Assembly (NCBI RefSeq): GCF_000281045.1
Contig: NW_008246101.1
Span: forward strand, 401,438 to 444,487
Length of the DNA stretch: 43,050 nucleotides
Source: Saprolegnia diclina VS20
Taxonomy: Eukaryota
Direction of reading: 5' to 3'
In this document: positions 1 to 11,726 of the stretch, one piece after another
Layout: every line of letters starts with the position of its first letter
Position numbering within the stretch: position 1 is the first letter of the stretch
The notes under the pieces: model-generated
Seen by the model: the letters and a program-made list of their open reading frames with translations, nothing else
Database searches by the model: none
What the model was told of the DNA's origin: nothing
Position numbers and translations under genes: made by a program

Positions 1-242
1 GTGGTGTTCTTGAAGCCACATGGATGTTGCGCGATGAAGAGAGATGAGAACCGAATCCTTGGCCGTAAGAAAGAATAGGTTGTGGCAATAACAACATACT
101 AGGGTTAACCTCGTGTTTTCGTGGGGCAGGTTTTGGTCGAGCTATTTGGTTGAGTTTTGCATTGGAGTAGCGTGCAATCTAGCGGAGGGATCGCGTACTA
201 CGTGCGACGTAGTTTGGACTCGTCGGTGGACGGGATCATGTG

Positions 243-280
243 CATTGAGGTTCAACGTACCCATTGAGGTTCAACGTACC
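243..280. repeat. 19-bp perfect tandem duplication
   Basis: CATTGAGGTTCAACGTACC occurs at 243-261 and 262-280. Confidence 0.9.
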
Positions 281-928
281 CTGCCCCAAACCTCGGGTTT
301 TCTTGGGTTAGGGTGTGGTTGGTCTTTGTGTTGAGGTGGGGCATAGGGCCGTGGACCATCTAGCGATCTTTCTGCGCCATGGTTTGATCCCTGTAGAAGG
401 TTTGCGCAGGTTCTGGCGCTTTTTGATTCCAGTTTGGTATCGGGGCCGCGTGCAACCTAGCGGTGTGTCTGTGTCGTAGCTTGGACAGTGTGGAATAATC
501 AACATTGTAGGATGTATAACGTTCATGAGGTGGTTTAAAGAATCGCTACTCGGATTTGCAGGCCCAGCAATTCTACTGTGACAGGCGCGGCCGCTGCACG
601 CGCGCCTCGCCTGGAGATGCAGTGGCGGGCGCGGTCGCCGCCTTGGTTTGCTGCCGTCGCCTCTGCCTCGCGGTGATCTTCCGCTTGAGCTCCTTGGTCT
701 CCTCGATCGGAGCCCATGTCGCAGGGCGTATGCAGCTTGGCGATTCCGCTGCTCGAACTTGCGCTCGGCCCGACACTGACGGCACCACCATGACCGGGTC
801 TTCTGCTCTGTGCTTGGCGCGCGAATTGCAATTGATACCTGCAAAGAAAACGTAACATCCAGATACAATCCTAATATCACGATCGAACACGTTAATCTAA
901 CACCACGCGAAGTACTGTATTAAGGTCC

Positions 929-1503
929 NNNNNNNNNNNNNNNNNNNNNNNNNNNNNNNNNNNNNNNNNNNNNNNNNNNNNNNNNNNNNNNNNNNNNNNN
1001 NNNNNNNNNNNNNNNNNNNNNNNNNNNNNNNNNNNNNNNNNNNNNNNNNNNNNNNNNNNNNNNNNNNNNNNNNNNNNNNNNNNNNNNNNNNNNNNNNNNN
1101 NNNNNNNNNNNNNNNNNNNNNNNNNNNNNNNNNNNNNNNNNNNNNNNNNNNNNNNNNNNNNNNNNNNNNNNNNNNNNNNNNNNNNNNNNNNNNNNNNNNN
1201 NNNNNNNNNNNNNNNNNNNNNNNNNNNNNNNNNNNNNNNNNNNNNNNNNNNNNNNNNNNNNNNNNNNNNNNNNNNNNNNNNNNNNNNNNNNNNNNNNNNN
1301 NNNNNNNNNNNNNNNNNNNNNNNNNNNNNNNNNNNNNNNNNNNNNNNNNNNNNNNNNNNNNNNNNNNNNNNNNNNNNNNNNNNNNNNNNNNNNNNNNNNN
1401 NNNNNNNNNNNNNNNNNNNNNNNNNNNNNNNNNNNNNNNNNNNNNNNNNNNNNNNNNNNNNNNNNNNNNNNNNNNNNNNNNNNNNNNNNNNNNNNNNNNN
1501 NNN
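929..1503. other. Assembly gap (N run)
   Basis: Run of n. Confidence 1.
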
Positions 1504-1507
1504 TGCT

Positions 1508-4500
1508 TTACGGGGCGTAGACGCGGAGGAGCGAAATGACTTCGACTTGACACACGGGGCAGTTCTTGGAGTGGATCGCATGCGCCTGGTAGCGCTCGCC
1601 ATCCTCTTGGCAAAAGCAGAGGTGGCCGCAGGGATACACGGCCATGTTCGCCGTCTTGTCGCGGCAAATGACGCACTCGGGGCCGTGGTTGGTGTTGCCC
1701 ATGGCCGCGACCGTCTCGGCCGTGTCCGCCTGCACACTATATTGAGCAAGCGAAGAAGAAGAGCTGAAGGCAAGACGTACCTTGAGCGACTGGACGTTGC
1801 GGTCAATCTCGCAAATGAGTGTCTTGGTCGTTTGCTCGAGCACCTTTTGCTGCGCTTCGGCCTGCGCGATCTTGGCCTTGACTTGCACGCAGAGTTGCTC
1901 GTACTGCAGCCGGACACCCGCCTCTTGTTCGGCCCGGAGCGCCTCGTGCGCGACCTTGGCTTCGACTTCGGCGAGCTTTTGACGCAGCGCCGTCACCTTG
2001 GCTTGGCTCACCTCGGCCGCGGTTTGCGCTAGATATTCGAGTTGGTGGAGCGCGATCATGGCGCCATCAAGACGATACCTTTGTCGACCTTTTCTTCGTA
2101 CTCGAGCGTCTGCGCCTTCCACGTCCGGCGCAGCTGGAGCTCGGCGCGGAGACGGCGGTCGGCTTCGTTCTTCACTTGCGTCACACGCTTCTGGGCGTTG
2201 GCAAGCTCTTTTGTCAGCGTCGAGACGGTCGTCGCAAGCTCCTGGCGGCTCGGGGCCGTCGACGCGGGTTTTGGCGGGCGCGGTGTCGGTGCTTTTGGTG
2301 GCGTGACGTTGTTGGTACTGCTACTGCCGCCCTTACTACTGCTGCTGCTGGGCTCTGGCTTGACCGTCTTGTTCTTGACGCCCCAGTGCAGCGACGTGTG
2401 GCTTTGGCACACCCAGCACGTGAGTCCAATGGACGGTTTCCCGCGCTCGAGCGCGCGTTCGAGCTTCTTGACCGGGTCGACCGTGAAGAAGCCGTCGCGG
2501 TCGTCTTCGCAGTTGGATGTGACCGCCACCACGGGTTCTTGGATCGACTGGGCGGTCATCGGCACGTAAATGGCGGCGGGAATCCCATACTTTTGAACCA
2601 ATCCCGGGGCAATCGTCGACCCAATCATGTGCAGCGACATGGACACGGCCGGGTTGCAGTAGTAGACAGTGCCGTCGGCCAGCGCCAAGACGTGGTTGCC
2701 ATTCTACCATAAGCGCCATATAGAAACAACCCAAAGCTTGGAGACGGACCTCGGTCGCGTAAATATGGTCGACGATGCCCGCGCCGCGGGACCGCCCGGT
2801 GGACAGATCCACGTTGAGCACAAACTCTTGCCGCGGCGCCGATGGCTCTACCCATCGCCATCGCTACGTCCGTGTATATGGATGGAATGGGACCATACCG
2901 AGGAGCGAGTGGCGGTAAAAGCCACCGACGTTGGTGTAGCCGTACGCGTACTGGCCCTTGATGTACGTAATGTCCTATCCGTCAAAGATGCAGTCAAGAT
3001 ATGGAGTGGAGATACGGGCACCTTGGTGTTGGGGACCACGACTTGGCTCGTCTCCCCGCCCTCGATGAGCGCCGAGTCGGTCGTGAACGTGAAGATGCGA
3101 AGGTTGCTGTCGAGGCCGACGCCCGCGAACGAGAGGCCAGCCGACGACGCTGAGAAGAAGGCCGCGTGCATGGCCGTGTTGCTACATATGTGCTCTGTAT
3201 ACGAGAGGACTGGCCATGGCAAGACGAGCGAGTACCTCGCAGAGTTGAACTGGCGAAGGTACGTCCACATGGGCCGGCTGTTCTCAGCTTGCTCAAACTT
3301 CCAGAGCCGGAAATTTTGCACGCCGAGGCCAAAGAGCAAAAAGTAGGATTTCTTCTGCGGGTCCGTGGCCGTGTTGTCGGACGCATCCGCAAAGCCCTAC
3401 TATGGACGTGAGTTCACTACGCACCACAGTTGCACGCACCCGCAACTTGGCGTCGCTGAAGAAGAATTTGAGCAAATTGGTCTCGTCTTCGCTGCCTATC
3501 AAACACGGTTTTATCAGTATCAAGTTGATAGAATATGCGTGTCCGTACTCTTGTGGTGCCGGAAGCGATCCAAGTGGATGGCCATGACGGTCTTGGGCGA
3601 CGTGCCGCGACAGCCCACGAAGCAGTAGGACCCGTCCGGCGTCACCTTGAGCCGAACCGTCGCCGGCGTCATTTGCTGGTTGAGCTCTTCGTCGAGATGC
3701 CCGAGGAGATAGCCATACCTACGACGCTCCATGCACCTCTGCGATGCACCGCAAGACGTACCGCTCTTCGGTGCACGAGCTGTTGATGTCAAAGAGGCGC
3801 ACAGAGCCGTTGGAGAAGGCAATGATGATGCACTGGCCATCCGGCGTCACGTCGATCGAGGTCGCTGGGTCTTCAGTCGAGAAACACATGCTCTTGAAGC
3901 TCGACGAGAGCGTAGAGAGCGCCTTCTTGGGCTTCTTGGCCGGCGGCGACGAGACGCGCTCGAGAACAGTTGTTTGCGGCGCAGCGGACGGTGCAGGCGA
4001 CGGCAGCGCGGCAGTGGCAATCGGTGGTTCCACCCGAAGCAGCGTCACTAGCGTACATTCGATGGAGACGAATCGCGTGGCTGTGCGTACCTTCGGACGA
4101 CCGAACGGCGGGTGACGCAAGTGGCGTCACCGCTGTCGATGATGCTCGGTTGTGGAGGAGAATGGGGGGGCGGGGACGAATCGGGGACTGGGCGACCGCA
4201 GGCGACGGCAGCCGCGCAAGCACGCTCACTGCTTCGTCGTGTGGGCCAAGTGCATGGAGGCGAGAGAGATGAGGCTTACCGGGGCGGATCGCAGGCTTGT
4301 TCTACCAAGATACGATATGAGCCAATGCGCGTCGACAAGCGGTCGTACCGCGGTCGGCGTCGAGGCGGCGTCAACGTAGCCTTCCAGAGGCGAGGCGCGG
4401 TCGACTGCTGTGTGAGCTGCTGGCGTCGGCGTGCGACCGCCGGGTGGCAGAATCGGCACGTCGTCGTCGTCGGCGTCGTCGTCCTCTATCACGCGCTGTC

Positions 4501-4621
4501 GCTTCTTCTCGTGCTGGATCCGGGCCATGTCCAGGATCGTCTGGGCGCGCTTCGCCTTCGGGATGCGGTTGCCGAGGAGTTGCATGTTGTTGTGGATCAT
4601 CTTCTCCATCTTCTTCTCCAT
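1508..4621 (-). CDS. Multi-exon protein: low-complexity N-terminus, WD40-like beta-propeller region, coiled coil, C-terminal C3HC4 RING finger (putative E3 ligase)
   Basis: Hand splicing links the ORF pieces in frame through 12 short GT-AG introns (e.g. 4348-4302, 2749-2704, 2078-2029, 1780-1730). WD-like segments ATSIDVTPDGQCIIIAFSNGSVRLFDI and VRLKVTPDGSYCFVGC; RING CVICRDKTANMAVYPCGHLCFCQEDG...CPVC. Confidence 0.75.
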
Positions 4622-4922
4622 ACTTGGTCGCGCGATCACGGACTCGCGCTACTGGCGGCGGCCACCTCAGTATCGAATTGTGAGCCCGCCAAGACATTCG
4701 CCGCTCATTGGTTGTATTCCGCACCCGACGCATCCCATCGATTGGTCAAAATACGATACAGAACGCAACGATTGGTCCATTATTTAGAAAATACGCGGCG
4801 TCCATTGGCCAGTATTGTTGAAATGAGCATGGCGGCCTCGCCAGCGCCACAAAGTACACGCAGCCGCTCAAGCGTGCATGATGCAAGCGAGTTGCCGTTC
4901 GTAGATGCATCTGATTGTCATC

Positions 4923-5165
4923 TTAGTCGTTGTTGCTCAGCGGCTCGGGCGTCGCTGCCTGCTGCATCGTCGTCGTGCGCCGCGACCGCATGACGTTCCA
5001 CGTTCGCTCTTCGATCTTTTGGAAGCCGCCGGTCCGGACGCGGAGGTCGGGGCAAGGCTTGGGCATGATCACCTTGCGGGGCTCGCTGCAATTTGTAGTC
5101 GCATTGTTGTTGTCGTCGTCCTCGTCTTGTGCGGTCGCATGCGCCGTGGTCTTCCTCGAGGCCAT
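4923..5165 (-). CDS. Short hypothetical protein (MASRKTTAHA...)
   Basis: 80-aa ORF with oomycete-like codon usage; no recognisable domain. Confidence 0.35.
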   Translation of the reverse strand: MASRKTTAHATAQDEDDDNNNATTNCSEPRKVIMPKPCPDLRVRTGGFQKIEERTWNVMRSRRTTTMQQAATPEPLSNND

Positions 5166-5441
5166 GCCGAAGGAACTGGTCGTTTCTGGTTGCACTGGAG
5201 CGGTAATAACTGACGTCCGCTTCAACCTCAGAGTTGGCTTGCCGTGACCAGATCCAGATGCAGTAGCCAAGCCGCAGCAAATGATGGTTCTTCGTGAAGG
5301 CTGCGAGCATGCATTGGTGGAGAAGAAGACGACGATCGTTTAAGATAAATAAGCTTGTAGGATTTGGCTTGGGTTACGCAGCCAGCCACGCGGACACATG
5401 AACGGATCTAGACTCTAAGCAAAAAGCGACGATGTACACAT

Positions 5442-6386
5442 CTAGGCAGTCGCCCGCTGCTTCTTCCGGGGCGACGCCTCTTTGTCGTCGTCGTCGTCGC
5501 GCCGGCGCTTCTTTTCGACGCGCCCGGGGCTGTCGATGGACGTCGGGCTCGCACTCCGAGGCTTGCAGTCGTCGGCCACGACGCTGTCGTCCTTGGCCTC
5601 GTACGCGAGGCTTGCAAGCTCGGGCTCGACGTCGGCAGGCGCGTACAGCGTCATCATGCGCGCGACGCAGTCCTTGAAAGCATCGGCATCGACGCCGAGC
5701 GTGTCGAGCGCATAGGCGGCGAGGGGGCTCGCGCAGCCAAATTGGGTGGCGCACACGACTTCAAGGGCGGCGGCAGCGACAACTGAGCTCGGGAACACTT
5801 GGTACTCGTAGTCGATCGCGCACTCTTCGAGGAGCTCCATGGCCGCCTCTTCCAGATGCACTTGAATGGACGGCACCGACTCGAAGGTGAGGAGGTCCCG
5901 AAGAAACGCAACCGGCGTCGCGGGGTTGAGGCGCCACTGGAGCACGTGGAGGAGCTGCTTCTCCATGAGAATGATTTCGCTGCGCGGGTACTTGTGCTGG
6001 CAAAGGAGCTCCATCTCTTCCATTAGGATCGGGCGCGGCTCGTGCATCTTGGACGCGACGTACATGGCGACCATGGACACGAGTTGCAGCACGATCTTGT
6101 CGACCGAGAGCGCCGCCAAGTAGACATCCATAAAGTGAATCGCACATTCGACCGTGTCGGCGCTGAGCTCGAACGCCTTGCCCGTGTGCAGCATCCATTC
6201 GGCCATGCGCTTTCGCCACGACGCCACCATGCCTTGCGTCTGCACCGTCGCGAGGTACCCGCTCGGGCGCGGGCTGTCCTCCTTGGCGAGCAGCAGCCGC
6301 AGGTGGCGGCGCACGGCGTCCGGCTCGAGCATCTCCGTGGGCGTGACCGCATGGAGTTCCTCGACACAGCTGAGATCCGTCATCAT
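5442..6386 (-). CDS. Cyclin, D-type-like (N-terminal LxCxE, cyclin box, C-terminal basic NLS-like tail)
   Basis: Cyclin box WRKRMAEWM...TVECAIHFMDVYL...LQLVSMVAMYVASKMHE...MEKQLLHVLQWRLNPATPVAFL; LSCVE at residues 5-9. Confidence 0.9.
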   Translation of the reverse strand: MMTDLSCVEELHAVTPTEMLEPDAVRRHLRLLLAKEDSPRPSGYLATVQTQGMVASWRKRMAEWMLHTGKAFELSADTVECAIHFMDVYLAALSVDKIVLQLVSMVAMYVASKMHEPRPILMEEMELLCQHKYPRSEIILMEKQLLHVLQWRLNPATPVAFLRDLLTFESVPSIQVHLEEAAMELLEECAIDYEYQVFPSSVVAAAALEVVCATQFGCASPLAAYALDTLGVDADAFKDCVARMMTLYAPADVEPELASLAYEAKDDSVVADDCKPRSASPTSIDSPGRVEKKRRRDDDDDKEASPRKKQRATA

Positions 6387-6401
6387 GCTGTTGCGTGCTT
6401 C

Positions 6402-6413
6402 TTGCGAAATGAG
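6402..6413 (-). promoter_or_regulatory. Oomycete Inr-like core promoter element of the cyclin gene
   Basis: CTCATTTCGCAA ending 15 nt upstream of the ATG, matching the oomycete Inr YCAYTYY followed by a partial FPR. Confidence 0.55.
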
Positions 6414-8132
6414 TGGGGCATCATGGGTGACCTTGCTACACGGCGTATACCTTTGACACTTGATAGCTCGTCACGAGTGTTTACCTCGCAAATTGCGCTC
6501 GCGCGCGTGGAGAAAGCACTTGGACTTTGTATAGGCTGCCTGTCTAGCGCCTCCAGGTGCCGTTTGTTTGTCGATAGGCTACCCACATACAAATAGCAAG
6601 GTACGTTTGGCGCCGCTTTGCCACGTGCCAAATGCCGCATATGCGCATTTACATACTGTTGCCGCGCATCCGAGATATTAAATTTGTATTGAAATATCGT
6701 CCTGTTTGTATGGAAAATGGCAGCGTTGCATTGTATGAGGCGGTTCTTTTTTATGTCGGCGCTGGCACGAAGCGTTTGGATTGGCCATTGCCCGAGATCC
6801 GTGCATCATCATTTGTATTGGCGCAAAGGTCCCTTGCATACAAACACCAAGTTGGGAAAGCCAAAACGCGGGGTTTTCACGTCCACCTGGTATGGCCGAC
6901 GCCGGTGCTTGGCGCGAACGTTGCCGCCAAAACCAGCTCGATGGGCGCTGGACATGCAGCGCACCTATCGCAGTCGGATGTAAAATATTGCACAAAATTG
7001 CGACAAATAGACGGCGAACGACACGCCTCGACGAGGCAAGAATGAGGGAAGAGACGCTCGAGTTAGTACTTCACACGCGCCTGCAAACATGGCGGACGAC
7101 ATGTATATGTACTGATGGGCACGGCTTCAAGTGGCAATCTTTAAAAGCCAGTTGAGAAGAATCCATCCTCTAAAGGGCCTTGGCAAGCTGCACCGGCACC
7201 CCCTCGTGGAACGAGCTCTCTGCCGCCAACTTGCCACGTGGATGCAACCGCGCGTCAGTTCATCCTTTGCCATGTCCAGAACGCCCAACTCAGAGCCCGC
7301 CAACGCAGTAACACGGGCAGAAAGTCCGTACGCCCGGAATACCATGTACTACTTGGACGGCATGCTTGTGGCCAAAGTAGCGAGTCGGCAGCAAGCCGTT
7401 TCAGTTTCAGGGTCAAAGGCTGCACGCACCTTGCCACCTCCATGCGATCGTCATGAAGCAAGATGGCGCACGGCGAAGATCATGCGAAGTAGGCTACCCT
7501 GAACATTGCGAGCGGATGTGATCGCCGGCATCTCGTCCAGCGCGAGCAAGTGCCGGCAAGTGCGGCAACCCGAGGCAAGTGGGCCATGCCAGCAGCTGGC
7601 CACGTCAATGTCGTGCTCAGAAATGCACCGTAGGCGTCGACGCCATCCCTAGTCAACTTACGACCACGCGATGGCTATATAGAGCGAGCGACCAGGCCAG
7701 GTGCAGGCGACGATGCTGCCCGTGTCGCCAATACGCCATGGTATTACTTGCATCATCGAAACCATCCTGTTGCTTACTCGGGTGGGCACACGGTGCAGGG
7801 GCACGGAGCAGGGTACAGACACGCGCGCCTTCTATTTTCAGTCAACACCACGCGCGGCGACGTCGATGCTTGTACCGATGACGCGCTCTGTCGTGTTTGG
7901 AGGACTCGATCCAGCAAAAGCGCAGTCCAAGGAGCTCGCGAAGATACGTATACTGTACTTTTGTATGCCATACAAATTCTATGTGATGGGTTTCATGAAC
8001 ACTAAAACCGGTGTCGCCTTCCGACATCAAATAGTGTGTATAACCAATCAAACGAAAGATGGCGGTTGGTTGGTGGTTGGGTGGGCGCTGTGGCGTTGGA
8101 GATCCGAAGACCAAAGCAAAATCGATATTGAG

Positions 8133-8567
8133 ATGAGCGACACGGAAGAGGCCAAGGGCGTGACGTACGAGGAGCGCGTCAAGCACGTTAGCATCATCGC
8201 CAACCCGCTCGCCAACAAGAAGCTCACCAAGAAGGTGTACAAGCTCATCAAGAAGTCGACCAAGGTCAAGTGCACCAAGCGTGGCGTCAAGGAGGTCGTC
8301 AAGGCCATTCGCAAGGGCGAGAAGGGCATGTGCATCATCGCCGGCGACATCTCGCCCATCGACGTCATCTCGCACATCCCCGTGCTCTGCGAAAACAACG
8401 ATATCGCGTACGTCTTTACGCCGTCCAAGGTCGACCTCGGCGCGTCTGCGGCCTCGAAGCGCCCCACGAGCTGCATCATGGTCACGCCGGGCAAGCAGGG
8501 CTTCAACGTCCAGGAAAGCTACGACGAAATCCTCGCCGAAGTCAAGAAGATCCAGCCCACCTACTAG
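8133..8567 (+). CDS. NHP2: H/ACA snoRNP subunit NHP2 (L7Ae family)
   Basis: YEERVKHVSIIANPLANKKLTKKVYKLIKK...RGVKEVVKAIRKGEKG.CIIAGDISPIDVISHIPVLCE...SKVDLGASAASKRPTSC; true start taken as ATG 8133. Confidence 0.95.
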   Translation: MSDTEEAKGVTYEERVKHVSIIANPLANKKLTKKVYKLIKKSTKVKCTKRGVKEVVKAIRKGEKGMCIIAGDISPIDVISHIPVLCENNDIAYVFTPSKVDLGASAASKRPTSCIMVTPGKQGFNVQESYDEILAEVKKIQPTY

Positions 8568-8665
8568 TTTGTTCAATAGCTACCTTCGTTGCCACCTCGA
8601 CCGACTGCGGCAGCTTACTTATTAAGTCACAGAATTCCATGTTAAATATCCCATTTTGTGGCAAA

Positions 8666-9442
8666 TTACAAGGTGGAAATGTTGGAGTAGAGCACGGACG
8701 AGTCGTTGCTGGACGCCACTTGGTGGACGCGCAACGCCGCCTCGATCTCGTCTTCCGTGAGGCCGTCTTTTTGCATTTGGTTGACGGTCTGAAGGATCGA
8801 ACCGAGGTTGGCGCCACCCGACCGGAGGTTGCTCCGGCCAAAGCTCGTCGAGCCCATCCCAAACGACGACGACGTGGCGCGCGATTGAATCGAGGTTCGA
8901 GAGCCACGGTGCGACGCGGGCTGTGGCTGGAGCGGCCGCGCAATCTCGTTGTTGATGTCGTCCTCGTCCTCGTCGTCATCTTCGTCGTCGTCGTCTTCGT
9001 CGTACTCGGAGCCGTAGTACTCGGAGCCGTACTCGCTATAGAGGCTGTAGAGCTCGCTGTGGTTCTCATCGTGGTTCATGCTCTCGACAATGGACATGGT
9101 GACACGCTCGCCGCCCACAATCTTGTGCCACGGCGCGCCATGGCCGCAGCCCGAGCACAAAATCGACTCCTTGTCGACATACGACGGGACGTACGAGACG
9201 CAGTCGCACTTGTGGTCCGTGTCGCGGCCAAAGAGACACCCTTTCCGCGCCCCAGTCTTGCTCTTGCTGCGGGCCATCTCTTCCCAGAGCAGCGCCCGCG
9301 CCGGTACGGGCTTGGAGGGCACGAGGCCGACGGCGCGCTTGGCCGAGTACTCGCGCGCGATATCTTCAAGGATGAGCTGCGCTTCGTTCAAGCTCATCGC
9401 ACTCTCGTCGCTGATCGAACTGCCCACGGATGCAGCCGCCAT
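8666..9442 (-). CDS. Hypothetical protein with a Cys/His putative Zn-binding module and an acidic tract
   Basis: Strong coding bias; C-x8-CDC-x14-CSGCGH-x4-H motif; D/E run. Confidence 0.7.
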   Translation of the reverse strand: MAAASVGSSISDESAMSLNEAQLILEDIAREYSAKRAVGLVPSKPVPARALLWEEMARSKSKTGARKGCLFGRDTDHKCDCVSYVPSYVDKESILCSGCGHGAPWHKIVGGERVTMSIVESMNHDENHSELYSLYSEYGSEYYGSEYDEDDDDEDDDEDEDDINNEIARPLQPQPASHRGSRTSIQSRATSSSFGMGSTSFGRSNLRSGGANLGSILQTVNQMQKDGLTEDEIEAALRVHQVASSNDSSVLYSNISTL

Positions 9443-10305
9443 CTTCGGAAATGTACGCCTGCGGGTGTGTAGCATCCGGATACATAGACACGCTCGTCCG
9501 GATATCAAGCATATCAAGCGCCAAGGCTGCAACTCACACTCGAGTCGCCAGCAGAGGCAACAATCCTCACATCGGCAGTCGTATCTACCCTAGCAGATGC
9601 AAGCTCTGTGGCGCACGAAGGGGCAGCGATATGCTATTAGCTCTCGCCCAAGCGTCTGCTCTACTGCGACTCGCCAAAGCGATCATGTTGACCGACGCTC
9701 TCTGGGCCTATCGTTCGATTCACTGGCGCGCGATCCTGATTGTGGTGTGGAGAAGGGCGACAGCAATGCATTACATTGGGCCCAACGAAGTCGTGGCACG
9801 ACACTACTTCAAAGTACACGCCATGCAGCGCGGTAGGACTCGTATCGTTGATCGCTTGCCGATGAATGTTGCTGCACGGGAGCCAAGTTGGAAGCCAAAT
9901 ACCTGCCAAAAATGGATCTAGTTGGACCAACATCGCGCGATGTCCCTGGTTTCGCCAAATCAGTTCTTATTCCCTTGTCGTTGTCTGGCTAGCCGTCGGC
10001 TGAACCCTCCCAACCTTGACACAAATTTGCACGTGGAGCGTCCGCCATGCTTCCACTGCGTAGCGAAGTGTACTGTACGAACGCGACGCCAGCGACTTGG
10101 GGTGCGAGAGGCTGGCGGGAGGGGCTTTGGCACGCGGAAGAGCGACTGAATTTTAGCTGGGAGGTTGATTATAATGCAATTACATACATTGATGTAGATA
10201 GAATTGAACCGTGCTTTAAAAAAGATTATGTACCGGATGCTATCCGGACTGCAGGCCAATCGCAAGTGCTGGGTTGTGGAAATCTTGCCGTCGACCCCAG
10301 AGATA

Positions 10306-11306
10306 ATGGAGCTCAAGACGCGTGTGCTCGACATCCTCTGTACGTGGCGTGGCATGCAAGGCCGGGAGTGTTCATGCAGCATGTGTGTAGGCGTGCTCCT
10401 GTCGGCGCTGCTCATGATCTCGGTCTGGTACTGCGCCCTCTCGCCCGACTGGATGGCGCAGTCCGGCGACAATGGCCAGTCCAGCTACTCGCAGGGCATT
10501 GGCCTCTGGTCCAACTACACGTTGCAGATTGGTGCCGACGCGTTTGACCCGGGCAACTCGTTCTGGCTGCCGACGCAGCCCAACGCCGTCGACTCGTTCG
10601 ATGCCCAGTGGTACGTGCACCGATCCTGCTCGGGCAAGAAGATCTCATGGCCGTCATAGCGAATCGTATCGCAAGGTCGACTGTTCCGTTCTGGAAGGCG
10701 GCGAGTACGACAAGCAGTATTGCGTCATCCAGTCGATCTACTGCGGCACGCCGCTCTTCATCGTGCAGGTCGTCATGGCCATCGCGGCGGGCCTCTCGGT
10801 TCTCGTCTTTGCGTGGGTCATCGCCATGGCCGTGTACCCGCACCGCACGCTCACTGAGAACTACCTTTTGCACATGTCGATCCTCGCCGGTACGCACTCG
10901 GATCGCATATGGCGAATTGCCATCTTCTTGTCCGGTAGGCTTTGTGCAAATGGCAGCGATCGGTCTCTGGTACACATACGTCTACCTCAAGGTCCTCAAC
11001 TCGACGTTCTACTCGGACGAGTACACGCGGTGCACGGCCAACCCAACGAATCGGTCGTGCTGGAGCATTCGGTACGCCGCGTACGCGACGCTGGTCGCCG
11101 GTGGCCTCTACCCCGCGCTCGCCATCGCGCTCTCACAGCTCATGAGCTTGAAATCGTCTCGATACCGCGTGCAGCTCAAGCAGCACTGCAAGGAGCTCAT
11201 GGACGAGATGCCGTTCAGCCCGCGCGGCTCGGAAATTCCTCGCCCATCGGACGCGTCGACCGTGCGCGAGTCGGACATGTCGACCATCACCAACAGCATG
11301 CGCTAG
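10306..11306 (+). CDS. Four-TM claudin/PMP22-like membrane protein (3 introns)
   Basis: Introns start at 10340 (to 10390), 10611 and ~10890 (to 10938). TM1, then a W...GLW...C...C extracellular loop, then three more hydrophobic helices. Confidence 0.65.
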
Positions 11307-11726
11307 CTACGCGCGAGATTGCTTGTGCCGAATCGCCTGCACGAATAATTCCCTTTTGCTCATACAACTAGCATTCAAAGATGGAGTCGAGTCGTCTTGG
11401 GACACTGTGCAGGACAGCCCAAGTGATAACCTGTGCATCAAATCCTACAAGCCACTCAGCCACTTAGAGCGTACCCACGACGGCCATGAGCGCTGCAGTG
11501 TACGTTCAAGCCTACGATGGGCGCCAGGTATAGGTGTCTCCATCTCGTCTCTCAGTGCTGGTCGCAAGCACGAGTTGCTGCAAAGGTCAAGACGACCGGC
11601 ATGACCGACCCACTGGGACTTCAATATGGTGGCGATTACCTGTGAGAGTACATATGTTCGTATCGAAAAAAAGAGGTCGCTTCGATCGGGCCCAGTCGGC
11701 CACAGCAATTTCGTGGTCGAGAGAAG

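Noticed and set aside
305..313. Telomere-like GGGTTAGGG
   Set aside because: Single short occurrence; no array
308..890. Minus-strand ORFs beside the first gap (possible terminal exon after the TTTGCAG acceptor near 839)
   Set aside because: The frame cannot be chosen, there is no recognisable domain, and the upstream part is lost in the gap
7701..8132. N-terminal extension of NHP2 in the ORF track
   Set aside because: Non-coding composition; homology and codon bias begin at ATG 8133
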